From the NCBI GenBank assembly GCA_965218095.1, contig OZ244587.1:5408001-5472000 (forward strand): a stretch of DNA of 64,000 bases, given 5' to 3'. The notes under the pieces are model-generated. The model saw only the letters and a list, made by a program, of their open reading frames with translations, did no database searches and was not told where the DNA came from. Shown here piece by piece: positions 29,876 through 40,659 of the stretch (position 1 is its first letter; every line of letters starts with the position of its first letter). The translations under genes and the position numbers were made by a program. This stretch comes from Candidatus Poribacteria bacterium. GTDB lineage: Bacteria; Poribacteria; WGA-4E; PCPOR2b.

Positions 29876-31063
29876 TCAAGCGGGAGAGAATGTCCCGAGC
29901 ACCATCGGTTGCGATGCCCCTGTGACCTGTGGTAGGTTCGCTGGATGCCCATGAATCGCTTCGTTGGCGAGGATAGCAAAGGCAACCGCTTCCTTTGCAT
30001 CGCTCGAAATCCCGATGGAATCAACTGACAACAGCGGAATTGGCTGGAATAGTGTCTTTAGGTGTTGCATCAACGTGAGATTATGACTGCCTCCCCCGCT
30101 GATATAGATTTCATCGACGGAATAGTGCGGAAATAAAAACCGACGATAGTAGTCAAAGATTGTTTGTGCCGTAAACGCTGTTAAGGTAGCAACCAAATCC
30201 GCCTGCCCCAAGTTTTGAGTTTGTGCCCGCTGGATTGCCCCATTCGCAAACTGCCTGCCGAATGCTTCACGTCCTGTTGTCTTGGGGGGCCGTGCGCCTA
30301 TAAAGGGGTGTTGCAACCACTCTCCTAGCAGCGACTCACAAACGCTCCCCTGCGCAGCAAACTGCCCCGCATTATCATACATTTCCTCTCCATCCGTGAG
30401 AATTTCCATAACCGAATCAATAATCATGTTCCCCGGTCCGGTGTCGGAGGCGAGAACGTCGCACCCCGCTGCACCTGCAGGTATGAGCGTCACATTGGAA
30501 ATGCCACCAATGTTTTGAAGCGCAATCGTCCGACTCGTCTGCCGAAAGAGCAGAAAGTCAACATACGGAACAAGCGGCGCCCCTTGCCCTCCCGCTGCGA
30601 CATCTGCCACCCTGAAATCCGCGACTGTCGGGATGCCTGTGCGATGCGCAATGACAGCCGGTTCACCGAGTTGTAGCGTTGATGGAATGTACTGCGCTCC
30701 TGTTTGAGGCGGGAGGTGATAGATCGTCTGTCCATGCGATCCGATCAGATCGATTTTGTCCACCCCCAATTTGGCACGTTGAACAACTGCCAACGCTGCA
30801 TTGGCAAAAATTTCCCCGATGAGAAAGTTCATCTGACAGATCTGGTCAACGCGGCTCGTCTCCGGTTGAAAGAGATCAAAAATCCGGGCTCGAACTTCCG
30901 TATCAAAGGGGAGAGAATCGAACGCGAGCAACTCAACCTTTGTCTCTAAACCGTACCCCTGAATTTCCACAAGCGTAGCATCAACACCATCGACTGATGT
31001 GCCAGACATTAACCCGATGACTTTTTTCGTCTGTTTTTGGGAAAGATGATGAAAGGATTTCAT
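29876..31063 (-). CDS. anmK: Anhydro-N-acetylmuramic acid kinase
   Basis: 'GLMSGTSVDGVD', 'GSHGQT', 'GGQGAPLVP', 'DTGPGN', 'KEAVAFA'. Confidence 0.95.
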   Translation of the reverse strand: MKSFHHLSQKQTKKVIGLMSGTSVDGVDATLVEIQGYGLETKVELLAFDSLPFDTEVRARIFDLFQPETSRVDQICQMNFLIGEIFANAALAVVQRAKLGVDKIDLIGSHGQTIYHLPPQTGAQYIPSTLQLGEPAVIAHRTGIPTVADFRVADVAAGGQGAPLVPYVDFLLFRQTSRTIALQNIGGISNVTLIPAGAAGCDVLASDTGPGNMIIDSVMEILTDGEEMYDNAGQFAAQGSVCESLLGEWLQHPFIGARPPKTTGREAFGRQFANGAIQRAQTQNLGQADLVATLTAFTAQTIFDYYRRFLFPHYSVDEIYISGGGSHNLTLMQHLKTLFQPIPLLSVDSIGISSDAKEAVAFAILANEAIHGHPANLPQVTGASQPMVLGTFSPA

Positions 31064-31188
31064 GAACGTGATGCGTAAAACGTAATCAATCAGCAATTTG
31101 CAATTGAGATTTGCGCCATCTGCCTCGACTGTGGCCTTACCGTTTAACAGGAAATGTCTGGGATGCCTTGGTAGTTTTGCGCATGCGT

Positions 31189-32349
31189 TTATTCCGCGTT
31201 GCAGTAAAGCAGATATGGCCTGTGTTTCTTGGTAAATTCCTCCACCTCCGCCCCCCAACCCTGAACAATTTCGGTGGGTGATTCTCCACCCAGAAGCCTC
31301 AACCGCAAGCGATCCGTCCCAGCGAGCAAATCAAAGGTGTATCGCCCCCGATTTTCTCGAAACGCAAATCGATCCGGATAGTCACGCATGATAGTTGAGA
31401 TGAGATGAAGAGCGACTTCGATCGGTTTCAATTCCTCCCGATTCATGACGTGAACCTGCACGCCGTGGCACTGTTGATTAGCGTGTTTGGAAAAGGTGGG
31501 TGTAAAATGTACAGGACGGAAGCGAACGCCCGGCAAGTCGAAATCGTTCAACCTTTCTGCCCATCTATCTGCGTCAATCCATGGCGCCCCGATCCACTCA
31601 AACGGCTTCGTGGTGCCGCGGCCTTCGGAAAGGTTCGTGCCTTCGATGAGACAGGTCCCGGGATACAGCATCGCAGTTTCGAGGATCGGCATATTGGGTG
31701 AGGGAGGCGCCCACGGCAGCCCAGTCTGATCGTACCACATCGATCTTGCCCAACCGCACATTGGAACAACCTCAAGCTGGAGATTCAAATCGAGTTCCGC
31801 TTTGAAAAGTTGCGCAAGTTCACCGACCGTCATACCGTGCCGGATTGGGAGCAGATACGCTCCAACAAAGGATTGGAACGCCGGTTGTAACAGATTCCCC
31901 TCAATACGATCGCCCCGGATCGGATTTGGGCGATCGAGGACGAGAAAATCCACATTGCCGGCTGCGGCCGCTTTCATCGCTAGAAGCAACGTCGAAATGT
32001 AGGTGTAAAAGCGTGAACCGACATCTTGGATATCATATACCAGCACATCAATCCCAGTGAGCATCTCCTGTGCTGGCTGCCGTGTCTCTCCATAGAGGCT
32101 GTAAATCGGAATCTGTTGCTGTTTGTCAATTGCAGAGGGAATGCGGATCGCACTTTGAACGTTTCCCCAGACGCCATGCTCCGGGCTGAAAAGCGCAGCA
32201 AGTCGAATCTTGGGGTGTTCAGCGAAGAGCATCAGGCTGCTCCGCAACTGTGCATCAATTCCGGTTTGGTTGGTGATTAACCCGATGGATTGGCCCTCAA
32301 CGAGTGCCAACCGTTCTCTGAATAAAACGCTTAAACCGACTTCAGTCAT
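31189..32349 (-). CDS. Exo-beta-N-acetylmuramidase NamZ family (DUF1343)
   Basis: 'SPEHG', 'DIQDVGSRFYTY', 'DRPNP', 'SEGRGTT.PFE'. Confidence 0.9.
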   Translation of the reverse strand: MTEVGLSVLFRERLALVEGQSIGLITNQTGIDAQLRSSLMLFAEHPKIRLAALFSPEHGVWGNVQSAIRIPSAIDKQQQIPIYSLYGETRQPAQEMLTGIDVLVYDIQDVGSRFYTYISTLLLAMKAAAAGNVDFLVLDRPNPIRGDRIEGNLLQPAFQSFVGAYLLPIRHGMTVGELAQLFKAELDLNLQLEVVPMCGWARSMWYDQTGLPWAPPSPNMPILETAMLYPGTCLIEGTNLSEGRGTTKPFEWIGAPWIDADRWAERLNDFDLPGVRFRPVHFTPTFSKHANQQCHGVQVHVMNREELKPIEVALHLISTIMRDYPDRFAFRENRGRYTFDLLAGTDRLRLRLLGGESPTEIVQGWGAEVEEFTKKHRPYLLYCNAE

Positions 32350-32371
32350 AGTGGGGCTACGCTGACTCTCA

Positions 32372-33253
32372 TTATTTATTGAAGTCTACTTCCTTGGTTA
32401 AACTCATTGGCACCACACTTTGGACATGCAAATCTCGCTGTGGAAACGGAATTGTAATACCTTGCTCTCGAAATGCTTTTACGATAGCAAAATTCAGATC
32501 GCTTCTCACAAAATACTGACGGGGCGAGTCTTCGATCCAGACCAGCAAATCAAAATTAAGCGAACTGTCACCAAATTCCAAAAACTGTATTTTCGGTTCG
32601 GGACTGTCCAAAACTTCTGGATGGGCGCGCCCCACCTGCAACAAGGTTTCCGCGACCAAGTCAACATCTGAACCGTAAGACACGCCGACAGATACATGAA
32701 TACGCACTTTTGAATCTCGATAGCTCCAGTTTGTCACATTTTCAGATATGAAATTTGAATTGGGCACAATAATCGACACATTGTCTAGAGTTTCAACTAC
32801 TGAACTGCGTGCTTTAATCCTACGAATATTGCCTTGTACACCACTGACCTCCACAAAATCTCCCACCTGCACAGGACGCTCAAACAACAAAATGAGCGCG
32901 CTGATGAAATTACTGGTAATATTTTGCAACCCCAAACCAATCCCCACCATCAATACCGCACTTACCGCAGCCAAGGCCGTTAGATCAATCCCAGCCTGTT
33001 GTATGGCAATAAATGCGCCTAACAACATTATTATATAGTGCAATATGCGGCAGATGGTTGCCTGTGTACCTATGTTTAGGTGCATCCGTCTAAACACATT
33101 GCGCCGCAACATACGCTGGGACAAACGCGATACCCAAAATGCCCCTAACATAATCAACACAACCGTTATCAAAATGGCTGGTGTTATTGTCACATCTCCC
33201 AAAGAAACCAGTTTTTTCCCCAATATGTCAAGAATCTCTTCCCAGCTTTTCAT
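32372..33253 (-). CDS. MscS mechanosensitive channel
   Basis: 'GLGLQNITSNF', 'VPNS', 'IPFPQRDLH'. Confidence 0.9.
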   Translation of the reverse strand: MKSWEEILDILGKKLVSLGDVTITPAILITVVLIMLGAFWVSRLSQRMLRRNVFRRMHLNIGTQATICRILHYIIMLLGAFIAIQQAGIDLTALAAVSAVLMVGIGLGLQNITSNFISALILLFERPVQVGDFVEVSGVQGNIRRIKARSSVVETLDNVSIIVPNSNFISENVTNWSYRDSKVRIHVSVGVSYGSDVDLVAETLLQVGRAHPEVLDSPEPKIQFLEFGDSSLNFDLLVWIEDSPRQYFVRSDLNFAIVKAFREQGITIPFPQRDLHVQSVVPMSLTKEVDFNK

Positions 33254-33299
33254 TCCCTATCCTCCTGAACCAATACGATAAGGTCATCCAGTTCCTGCA

Positions 33300-33409
33300 A
33301 TTGGCTTTGGACTATGAACGCTATCCCGAGACGACTGAGGCGATGGTGTGCGTTGCTTCCATTTACTTGATGCGAAACCGAATCTAATGATTCTTCAAAT
33401 AGGCTCTAA
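33300..33409 (+). mobile_element. IS5/IS1031-like transposase 3' remnant with right end
   Basis: 'LDYERYPETTEAMVCVASIYLM' followed by TTCAAATAGGCTCTA. Confidence 0.55.
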
Positions 33410-33471
33410 GCCACTAGGTGATAGTTAAATCACATCAGCCATTTCGTTCTTTCATCTGCTTAGAGATCTGC

Positions 33472-34257
33472 TCAAAACCTATAACTCAACCCATTAACAA
33501 TTTCTAAATCATGCGTCTCAACATCAGTCGGTGGCTCACTGTCGTAGCGAAAATTCAATCGAGTGTTGAATGATACCGTTTCTGTCACACGAAGTTCAAT
33601 ACGGCTTTCAAAGAGGAGGCGAAAATCAGAAAAACGTTCAAGATCCGGTTGATAATAACCGCTTAGGGCGACGGTGAATCGTTCATCAATTCGCCACGTT
33701 GAAGAGACGTAATTGGTAGAACGAATAATATCCGTTTCGACTTCGCCTTGTTGCGCGTCATTTATAGTTTCGTTTTCCCACATTGCCCCAATGCCGATAT
33801 AGAGGTTCAGTCCTGCACTGTTTTTCGTATTCGTGCGTTGCCTGAGAACTAAGACACGAATGCCGCCGCCAGCCAAATTCCTGTCTTGTAACAGAATCGA
33901 TTCGTTAAACTGTTTCTGAGTAAATATCTCTACGCTCAAGTGATTGTTGATGGAACGGGCACCCCGTAAGTGAATGAACCCCTTATCGGTATACAATTTT
34001 CCACCTTGCTTGCCTTGTTGAAAGGTCACAATACCGAACGTGTGATACTTGTCAACCCAATAATCCGATCGCAAACTGGTTTTGAATCTGAGTAGGTCTG
34101 TATTCCCGGATTGGTATGTTAAACTTAAAGTAATGTCGTTATACCAGCCCGGCTTTGAGTCCAGCCGCCGCAAAGTCTCAATATTGACCTGCCCTTTAGC
34201 ACTCGCGGTGAGAACAAACAGACAGGTCAAACCTACGGCATACTTTATTATGTGCAT
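33472..34257 (-). CDS. DUF481-family outer membrane beta-barrel
   Basis: Signal peptide, 'QVNIE', 'SGNT', C-terminal F. Confidence 0.75.
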   Translation of the reverse strand: MHIIKYAVGLTCLFVLTASAKGQVNIETLRRLDSKPGWYNDITLSLTYQSGNTDLLRFKTSLRSDYWVDKYHTFGIVTFQQGKQGGKLYTDKGFIHLRGARSINNHLSVEIFTQKQFNESILLQDRNLAGGGIRVLVLRQRTNTKNSAGLNLYIGIGAMWENETINDAQQGEVETDIIRSTNYVSSTWRIDERFTVALSGYYQPDLERFSDFRLLFESRIELRVTETVSFNTRLNFRYDSEPPTDVETHDLEIVNGLSYRF

Positions 34258-34301
34258 ATATCCTTGTTACTTTGACCTAAACATAAACGTTGGAACTTGA
34301 C

Positions 34302-35240
34302 TCAATTTTGGTCAACTTCTTGATTGAGGGGCACCTCCTTGAACACCGGTGGTAGAGAAGCCGTCTCAGACAGTTTATATTCTATGGCAGAATGAGGGTA
34401 GGCGAAGCCAAGTTGATCGCTCTTTCCAAACGCCTCTACGACTTTTGCAACGATCTCAGTCGATATCTTTTGTCGATCTACCGCAATTGATTGATAGCGC
34501 AGGCGCATAATAAACCCCGATTCAAAAAACTCCGCTCGCACTTCGGGTTCTTTTCCTGTATCTTCTACAATTTCCTTTGTGACCTCCCGCGCACAAGCAA
34601 TCAGCGTCGTTTCTGCCAGTCTATAATCCGAATCGTAGGATACCCTCACGGGCACCTCATCCAAAATGTATTTGGTCTCGTCAGAAACAGCATAATTGAT
34701 TACCATCTGGTCAAACAACACTGCATTGGGTATCAAAATGCCGCGATTAGAAGCCTCTTCACCACCCACTGTGCCTCCAACTTCACCTAACAAAATGTGT
34801 GTGGGTGTGATTTCCAAAACATCGCCCCGTACGCCCTGAATAATAATGCGATCGCCAATCATAAAAGGGCGCTTAATCATTACCATCAACCATGCTGCCA
34901 CACCTGTTACTGGCCGCTGGAGTGACCAGCCCAAAATCATACTGACAAAGGCAACAGTCAGTCCCATCGCAGCCAGAGATCCCGACATGCTCACAATGAT
35001 AAAAACAAAGGCAGCCAACATAAATGAGTATTTCCACATCGTCGTAAACTGATTAATTTGTGCATCCGTGCGCTGCTGCCCACGCATCGCCCTGACGATC
35101 AAATTCTTCGACACTTTATAGGCAATTAGCAATGCAATCAACAACACAAAAGCATATAGTCCGCCAACTATAGATTCTCCCAATACCTTTGTCATTGACA
35201 GCTTGATACTGTTCAAAAACGTCTTCAATGTCTCTTGCAT
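34302..35240 (-). CDS. MscS-family channel
   Basis: TM segments, 'RPFMIGDRI', 'IPNA'. Confidence 0.8.
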   Translation of the reverse strand: MQETLKTFLNSIKLSMTKVLGESIVGGLYAFVLLIALLIAYKVSKNLIVRAMRGQQRTDAQINQFTTMWKYSFMLAAFVFIIVSMSGSLAAMGLTVAFVSMILGWSLQRPVTGVAAWLMVMIKRPFMIGDRIIIQGVRGDVLEITPTHILLGEVGGTVGGEEASNRGILIPNAVLFDQMVINYAVSDETKYILDEVPVRVSYDSDYRLAETTLIACAREVTKEIVEDTGKEPEVRAEFFESGFIMRLRYQSIAVDRQKISTEIVAKVVEAFGKSDQLGFAYPHSAIEYKLSETASLPPVFKEVPLNQEVDQN

Positions 35241-35262
35241 GTTTGTTACCTCTCTTTCAAAG

Positions 35263-36297
35263 TTAAAAAATGGATTGATAAAACTTGGCTCGAAAATCGA
35301 TGATGCCGGGATAGGAAGCATCGGGATGAACGCGGTTCGTCAGCAGGATAGCGAACATTTTCCTTTCCAGATTGACTCGAATCGAAGTTCCCGTAAACCC
35401 GGTATGGTAGAGTGAGCCGTCTTTCAATATAACCCAGCCAATGCCACGCGATTCGTTTAACCCCGTTGTATGAACGGTCGCCAGCCGCTTGATGCTTTCC
35501 ATCGTCAAGACGCCATCCCCACCATCGACCAGCATCTGACAAAAACGCCCGAGATCTGTGGCGGTCGAAAACAGACCGGCATTGCCTGAGACCCCACCGA
35601 GGAAATGGGCATTCTCGTCATGTACTTCGCCAACGATGATCCCTCCCCGCCAATCGTACCGATGATAGTCCACCATCCGTTTTTCAAAGCTGTTAGAATC
35701 TTCTGTCGCTGCACACCGATCTGCCCACTCCGGCGGCGGGTTATACCGCGTCCAATTCATGGCAAGTAGCTGAAAAATCCATTTTTTTGCGAGGCAATCC
35801 AGCGATTCTCCTGTCACTTGCTCAATGAGCGCCCCGAGCAGAATGTATCCCAGGCAACTGTATATGACCTGAGTCCCCGTTGGATACTCTAAAGGCATCT
35901 GACCGAGATAATTGACAACCAGATCTTTTGACTCCGATTCTAAGTAGGTCGCCCGCCAGTCCGGTAGCCCAGAGGTGTGGGTTAAGAGATCAAGGGCTGT
36001 CATCTGCCGATGTGCGAACTCAGGGAGGTACTTCTGGATTGGTACGTTGAGTGCTACATCCCCTTGCTCAACAAGGCGCATGATGAGCGTCGCAGTCACA
36101 ACCGGTTTGGTAAGCGATGCCAGGTCAAAGATTGTTTCGCGCTGCATCGGCTTGATCTCGGGAGTAATCATTCTATACCCAAATGCCTCATAGTAGGAGA
36201 TTTTACGACCTTCGGCGATATAGGCAACTGCGCCGGGGAAAACCTCTTCCGAAATGCCACCTTGGATGAGTTGGTCAATTTCATTTCCTTTCCCCAT
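35263..36297 (-). CDS. Serine hydrolase, beta-lactamase family (AmiE-like)
   Basis: SLTK, 'LLTHTSG', YSC, 'HTGFTG'. Confidence 0.85.
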   Translation of the reverse strand: MGKGNEIDQLIQGGISEEVFPGAVAYIAEGRKISYYEAFGYRMITPEIKPMQRETIFDLASLTKPVVTATLIMRLVEQGDVALNVPIQKYLPEFAHRQMTALDLLTHTSGLPDWRATYLESESKDLVVNYLGQMPLEYPTGTQVIYSCLGYILLGALIEQVTGESLDCLAKKWIFQLLAMNWTRYNPPPEWADRCAATEDSNSFEKRMVDYHRYDWRGGIIVGEVHDENAHFLGGVSGNAGLFSTATDLGRFCQMLVDGGDGVLTMESIKRLATVHTTGLNESRGIGWVILKDGSLYHTGFTGTSIRVNLERKMFAILLTNRVHPDASYPGIIDFRAKFYQSIF

Positions 36298-36301
36298 TTT
36301 C

Positions 36302-37348
36302 TCAATCTCCTTTTTTCACAATTTCCCCCGGTTTCCCTTCAGCCCCATTGACTTCAAATTGAACGGGTAAAAACTGTTGAACCAACCAGATGTTTGTGGT
36401 GAGATGCCGCGTGATTCGGGAGGTTGTAAAACAGGATTCTCCTTGCGCAAGTGCCATCGGCAGGATGAGTTGATCCGCAAGGTGAGGCTCGATTGCTGTG
36501 TCTGACGCTAGGAAATCTTCCAGCGCTTGGCACGCTTCATCGGCGACCTGTTCAGCGCGTTTGCCGCGTGCGCCAAGGGCAGAGAATCCCGCCTGGACAT
36601 TTTCAAACTGCGCTTTCAGAAAAACGAGCGTTCCCTGCCCGATAGATTCCCCCTCGACCAGATCGATGTTGAGTTGTTGGCCAAATCGTATCAGGCGTTT
36701 CTGGCTCTGGTCGCGCTGTCGATTGAGGATATGTTCGGGCAGATTGGAAGCCGCAGAGATGCCTTGGATCTCCTTCAGTTTTCCCCGAACCCGTAAATCT
36801 ACGCCATGCCAATCAGATGAGGGCTGGATGCTTGCGATTGCTTCGCCCCCGCCTTTGGGATACCAGCCCCACCGGTTCAACTTCAGCGAACCTTGAAACC
36901 CAAATTTTGCTGCCATCGGTATGAAGATTTCCTGGAGGTAGTGAATAGCTGGACTCCAGGGAACATGCGTCCCGCCACGCAAGGTGGCGGTGGAAGGGAC
37001 TTCTGCGTGCGCCAGCGGCGCCGCAATCGACTGGAAAACCAGCGATAACGCCCCCGCACTCGGGCGAATATCGGCGACATCGAAGGTATAGCCTCCGCCG
37101 CGGATTTCTTGGGGAACGAAGGTCAAGGTCTGTGAGCCAAGTGATCCGCCGTTCACTTCGGCGTTGGTGATTGCGGCGACCGCATTGACACCGGTGAGGT
37201 GCTGCGCGGCGATCCCAGGTTTTTCGCGTCCTGCCCGTATGTTCTTAATCCGGATCGGCTGTCTAAGAATCGCGGACAAGCTCAGACTCGATCGCAGAAT
37301 CTGTCCGCCGCCTTCGCCGTAATTTCCGTCAATTTCAAGTAGGTTCAT
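36302..37348 (-). CDS. rtcA: RNA 3'-terminal phosphate cyclase
   Basis: 'GEGGGQILR', 'GGTHV', 'YPKGGG', 'HLADQL'. Confidence 0.93.
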   Translation of the reverse strand: MNLLEIDGNYGEGGGQILRSSLSLSAILRQPIRIKNIRAGREKPGIAAQHLTGVNAVAAITNAEVNGGSLGSQTLTFVPQEIRGGGYTFDVADIRPSAGALSLVFQSIAAPLAHAEVPSTATLRGGTHVPWSPAIHYLQEIFIPMAAKFGFQGSLKLNRWGWYPKGGGEAIASIQPSSDWHGVDLRVRGKLKEIQGISAASNLPEHILNRQRDQSQKRLIRFGQQLNIDLVEGESIGQGTLVFLKAQFENVQAGFSALGARGKRAEQVADEACQALEDFLASDTAIEPHLADQLILPMALAQGESCFTTSRITRHLTTNIWLVQQFLPVQFEVNGAEGKPGEIVKKGD

Positions 37349-37399
37349 TTGTTTCTTGTCATCCCCTTCATTACGTTTTACGCCTCACGCCTCATCCTC

Positions 37400-37505
37400 C
37401 TCGAATCCATACATAAACAGGTTATTCAGCGACTCCGCCAGCGTCAGGTGAGCAAAGATACCATCCCGAATCGCTGTATAAGGCACCTGACCCATCATCG
37501 CCATC
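37400..37505 (-). pseudogene. C-terminal fragment of a pyridine nucleotide-disulfide oxidoreductase
   Basis: Translates to '[29 protein letters not shown]'; abuts a MITE end. Confidence 0.55.
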
Positions 37506-37506
37506 C

Positions 37507-37570
37507 CAAACGCGCAATGAATTGCGCTACTACAAACGGAATGTATAGTTCAATACTGAAAATTACTTAA
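37507..37570. mobile_element. Right end of the TTAA MITE family
   Basis: Close match to 7355-7416 (ATTGCGCTACTACAAAC...TGAAAATTACTTAA). Confidence 0.7.
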
Positions 37571-37705
37571 CCTTTGATGCTAGTTGGTGAGGATGTAGTT
37601 TCCACAAGGGTTGTAGAATTTACATATTCGACTTGGCAAAGAATAGATCGTTACTGACTGGATCTTTGATTTCAGACTAGTACATTAGTTATTATGACTG
37701 TTCCC

Positions 37706-38335
37706 CTATGACCAGGTGTTGCGAAACCAGACTTGTGGCAGCAGATTGAGCGTTGTTTCTTCACCCCCGCAATTGTATGCCGTAATGCGAATCAGTAAAT
37801 CTTCCGGCGAAGCCTTTGCGTACTCCACGAACACATCGAAGTATCGGTCTTCATCAAAGATGCCAATGTCTATAAGCTCAAACTCTAGTGGTTCTTTGCC
37901 GCGCTGGCGGTTTTCCTCTACAAGCTAGGCATACGGAGATTCCGACTGTGGATATTTGTAGAGCATTTTCATGTACGAATGGGTCGGCGTGCTATCCAGA
38001 TAGTAGTAATACTCTTTCACCTCCTCACCGTGATTGCCTTCGTTGTTTGTAAGGCCAAAAAGACGTCCTTTCAAAATGGCATCTCGCCCATTCCACAGCG
38101 CCAGCGAGAAGCAGAGGAATTGCAGTTCATCGCTGATTCCGGCGATTCCCTCTTCGCCCCAACGATAGGCTTTGCTGCGTGCCATATCGTGAGAAACATA
38201 TTCCCACGCGGCGCCGTGCGGACTGTAATCCTCCCGCACGGTACCCCATTGACGCTCAGTCAGATATGGCCCCCATTTCTTCCATGGGGCTTTTTGGTCT
38301 CTCACTTCTTGTAATCGTACCTTTTCTGCGTTCAT
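37706..38335 (-). pseudogene. GH63/MGH1-like glucosidase N-terminal fragment
   Basis: '[18 protein letters not shown]', '[12 protein letters not shown]'; homology continues past TAG at 37925 to a second TAG at 37706. Confidence 0.8.
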
Positions 38336-38348
38336 AAGAAATCTTGGC

Positions 38349-39305
38349 TTAGTTTCGTAGTTCTTGCAGCAGACATTCCCATCTCTGCCGCTCGCGGTCG
38401 GGATGGACAATAGGCTTTAGTCGCTCACACCACACTTTGAGCGTGGTGTAAAATTCCAGGTCTGTTTCAACTCGCTGCAGGAGATTCGCCAACGCTTTTG
38501 TGTCTCCGACCGGAAAGTATCCCGGATAATCTTCTCCTAGCAAGCCAATCGAGCCCGATATCCGCGATGAGATGACGGGCACTGAACAAGCAATAGCCTC
38601 GCAAACGACATTAGCCCCACCTTCCATTTGCGAAGTGAGCGCGAGAAGCCGACTGCGAGCCAGGATGCGGAGCGCCTTCCAGCGTGGGAGTTCCCCTAAC
38701 CACTGGTAGCGGGGATTGGAGAATACTTCGGCATGCGCATGTATTTCCATATCTTTGGTGAGGGCGCCCCCAACATGCACCACCTGAACTCGTGAAGATG
38801 GAGGCAGCAATCGGGCTGCTATGGCGGTTCGGAATGGGTCCTTCACGGGACGCAGATGGCCCAGCACTGACACCTCAAAAACTCCCTTTTTGGGAGAAAA
38901 CGCTCCCGGCGGCGGTTTCACAGATTGATAGATTACCCACGCCTTGCCACGCAGATGCTCCGGCAGTTCCGCAATGCCTGCGGGTTGCAGCAGAATGAAA
39001 CGATCCGCCATCTCCAGAGATTCTTGAGCTGACGTAGCTGTGTGGATATCGCCGTAAAGATCCGTTCCGGTCAGCGCGAGGATAAGGGACAAGTCCGGAT
39101 ATTCACCTCGAAAGCGTGCGATGGAATTGTGGCTGCGGCGTGCGTGGAGGGCAATCATCAGATTGCATCGCTGCCCTTGATACTCCTGCGCGATAGTGAC
39201 ATGGTGACCGAGTTCTCGTAAGATGTGGCTCCACCGAAGGGCGGTCACACGATTCCCCTTGCGGGAGTATGTTGGAGCTGGGGTTATCAGACAGATTTTC
39301 ATCAT
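38349..39305 (-). CDS. senB: Selenosugar synthase SenB (glycosyltransferase)
   Basis: 'GNRVTALRW', 'ALHARRS', 'LTGTDLY', 'GHLRPVKDP', 'MEGGANVV'; adjacent to selD. Confidence 0.9.
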   Translation of the reverse strand: MMKICLITPAPTYSRKGNRVTALRWSHILRELGHHVTIAQEYQGQRCNLMIALHARRSHNSIARFRGEYPDLSLILALTGTDLYGDIHTATSAQESLEMADRFILLQPAGIAELPEHLRGKAWVIYQSVKPPPGAFSPKKGVFEVSVLGHLRPVKDPFRTAIAARLLPPSSRVQVVHVGGALTKDMEIHAHAEVFSNPRYQWLGELPRWKALRILARSRLLALTSQMEGGANVVCEAIACSVPVISSRISGSIGLLGEDYPGYFPVGDTKALANLLQRVETDLEFYTTLKVWCERLKPIVHPDRERQRWECLLQELRN

Positions 39306-39319
39306 TGCTCCTTGAAACT

Positions 39320-40381
39320 TTATACAAAAACAAGGTGGTTCGAGTCAACGAGGGGCATCACATGCCCGATAATCCGCGCTTTTTCTACACCATCATTGTG
39401 TAGGGCCATCAATAGTGCCTGGCTTTGGGCTTCAGGCACAGAAACCAGGAGCCCACCACTGGTCTGGGGGTCAACAAATATTTCCGTATGCCACGAAGGT
39501 AGTGAATTTTCAAAACGCGCAAGGTCTGAAATTAACGCACGATTGGCAGCATTGACGCCTGTACTCATCCCTTTTTGGTACATTTCCAAAGCCTCGCGCA
39601 TGATCGGCACTTCGTCGGTGTAGATTTGCAAAGTGATGCCAGACCCCTTTGCCATCTCCAAGGCATGGCCAGCCAGTCCAAATCCGGTGATGTCCGTCGC
39701 CGCATGGATGTCAAAGTCAGCCATGATCTCTGCCGCTTTTTTGTTGAGCGTTGTGATAGTTTGTATACATTCCTCTAGTGCCTGATCTAATACCCAATTT
39801 TTCAGATTAGCATTAAAAATTACGCCACTGCCGATAGGCTTGGTCAAGATCAGAACATCCCCCGGTTTGGCACCGACGTTTCGCCAATATTTTTGCGGAT
39901 GCACAATTCCGGTGACTGACAGCCCGAACTTCGGTTCTTCATCATCGGTTGTATGACCGCCCGCTAGGACCGCGCCGGCTTCAGTGATTTTACTCAATGC
40001 CCCCTCAACAATTGCATGCAGGATTTCTGGCTCCAGTTTATCTGACGGAAAACCCACCAAATTTAGACAGGTTACGGGGCTGCCACCCATTGCATAGATG
40101 TCGCTGATTGAATTGGCTGCACCGATCTGACCAAACAGGTATGGGTCATCCACCGGTGGGGTGATAAAGTCGGCAGTAGTCACCAAAGCCATTTCGTCGT
40201 TCAGGCGGTAGATAGCTGCATCATCGCTGGTTTCAAATCCGACAAGCAGGTTTGGGTCATCTTTCTTCGGCAGCTTTGCCAAGAGTTCTCCCAGTCCAAC
40301 TGGACTGACCTTGGCCGCTCACCCACAGGTCTTCGCGAGGCTTGTGAGGGTATGTTTTCGTGACAGTTTATTTAAGTTCAT
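39320..40381 (-). CDS. selD: Selenophosphate synthetase (SenC/SelD), Sec-containing
   Basis: In-frame TGA at 40321-40319 gives TCG-U-AAKV; 'SDDAA', 'DFITPPVDDPY.FG', 'DITGFGL', 'DPQTSGGLL'. Confidence 0.92.
40278..40315 (-). promoter_or_regulatory. Candidate bacterial SECIS for selD
   Basis: GCCAAG..CAGUCC-AGUU-GGACUG..CUUGGC; apical loop starts at nt 18 after UGA. Confidence 0.6.
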
Positions 40382-40449
40382 CGTATTGCTCCAAAGCTTT
40401 TTTAAGAGGTGACGGTGATAGGTGACAAAGACACACCGGGGTTCGAGGC

Positions 40450-40659
40450 TCAATCCCCTATCGCCGCTTTTGCTTGCGCTACCCTGTTGGTTTCGGCTTC
40501 CTCTCTGGTCGAACCGGTAGATCGAGCGATGACGGCGCCGGGGCTCACATTGTCTACGGTACAAACATACGCATTCCCGAGTTGGTAAGACTTGATCCGG
40601 ATCGTCCATTTGCCAACGGATTCGGTTCGCGTTTGATGGTTTTTAGGGGCTTGAGCCAT
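40450..40659 (-). CDS. Small hypothetical protein
   Basis: AGGAGG RBS; 'SYQLG..YVCTVDNVSPGAVIARS.G.TREEAE'. Confidence 0.6.
   Translation of the reverse strand: MAQAPKNHQTRTESVGKWTIRIKSYQLGNAYVCTVDNVSPGAVIARSTGSTREEAETNRVAQAKAAIGD

Noticed and set aside
37706-37927. Amber (Pyl) read-through in the glucosidase
   Set aside because: Two TAGs plus loss of most of the gene fit ordinary decay
40450-40452. TGA of the 69-aa ORF as a third Sec codon
   Set aside because: No Cys-motif context; the extension is short and unconvincing
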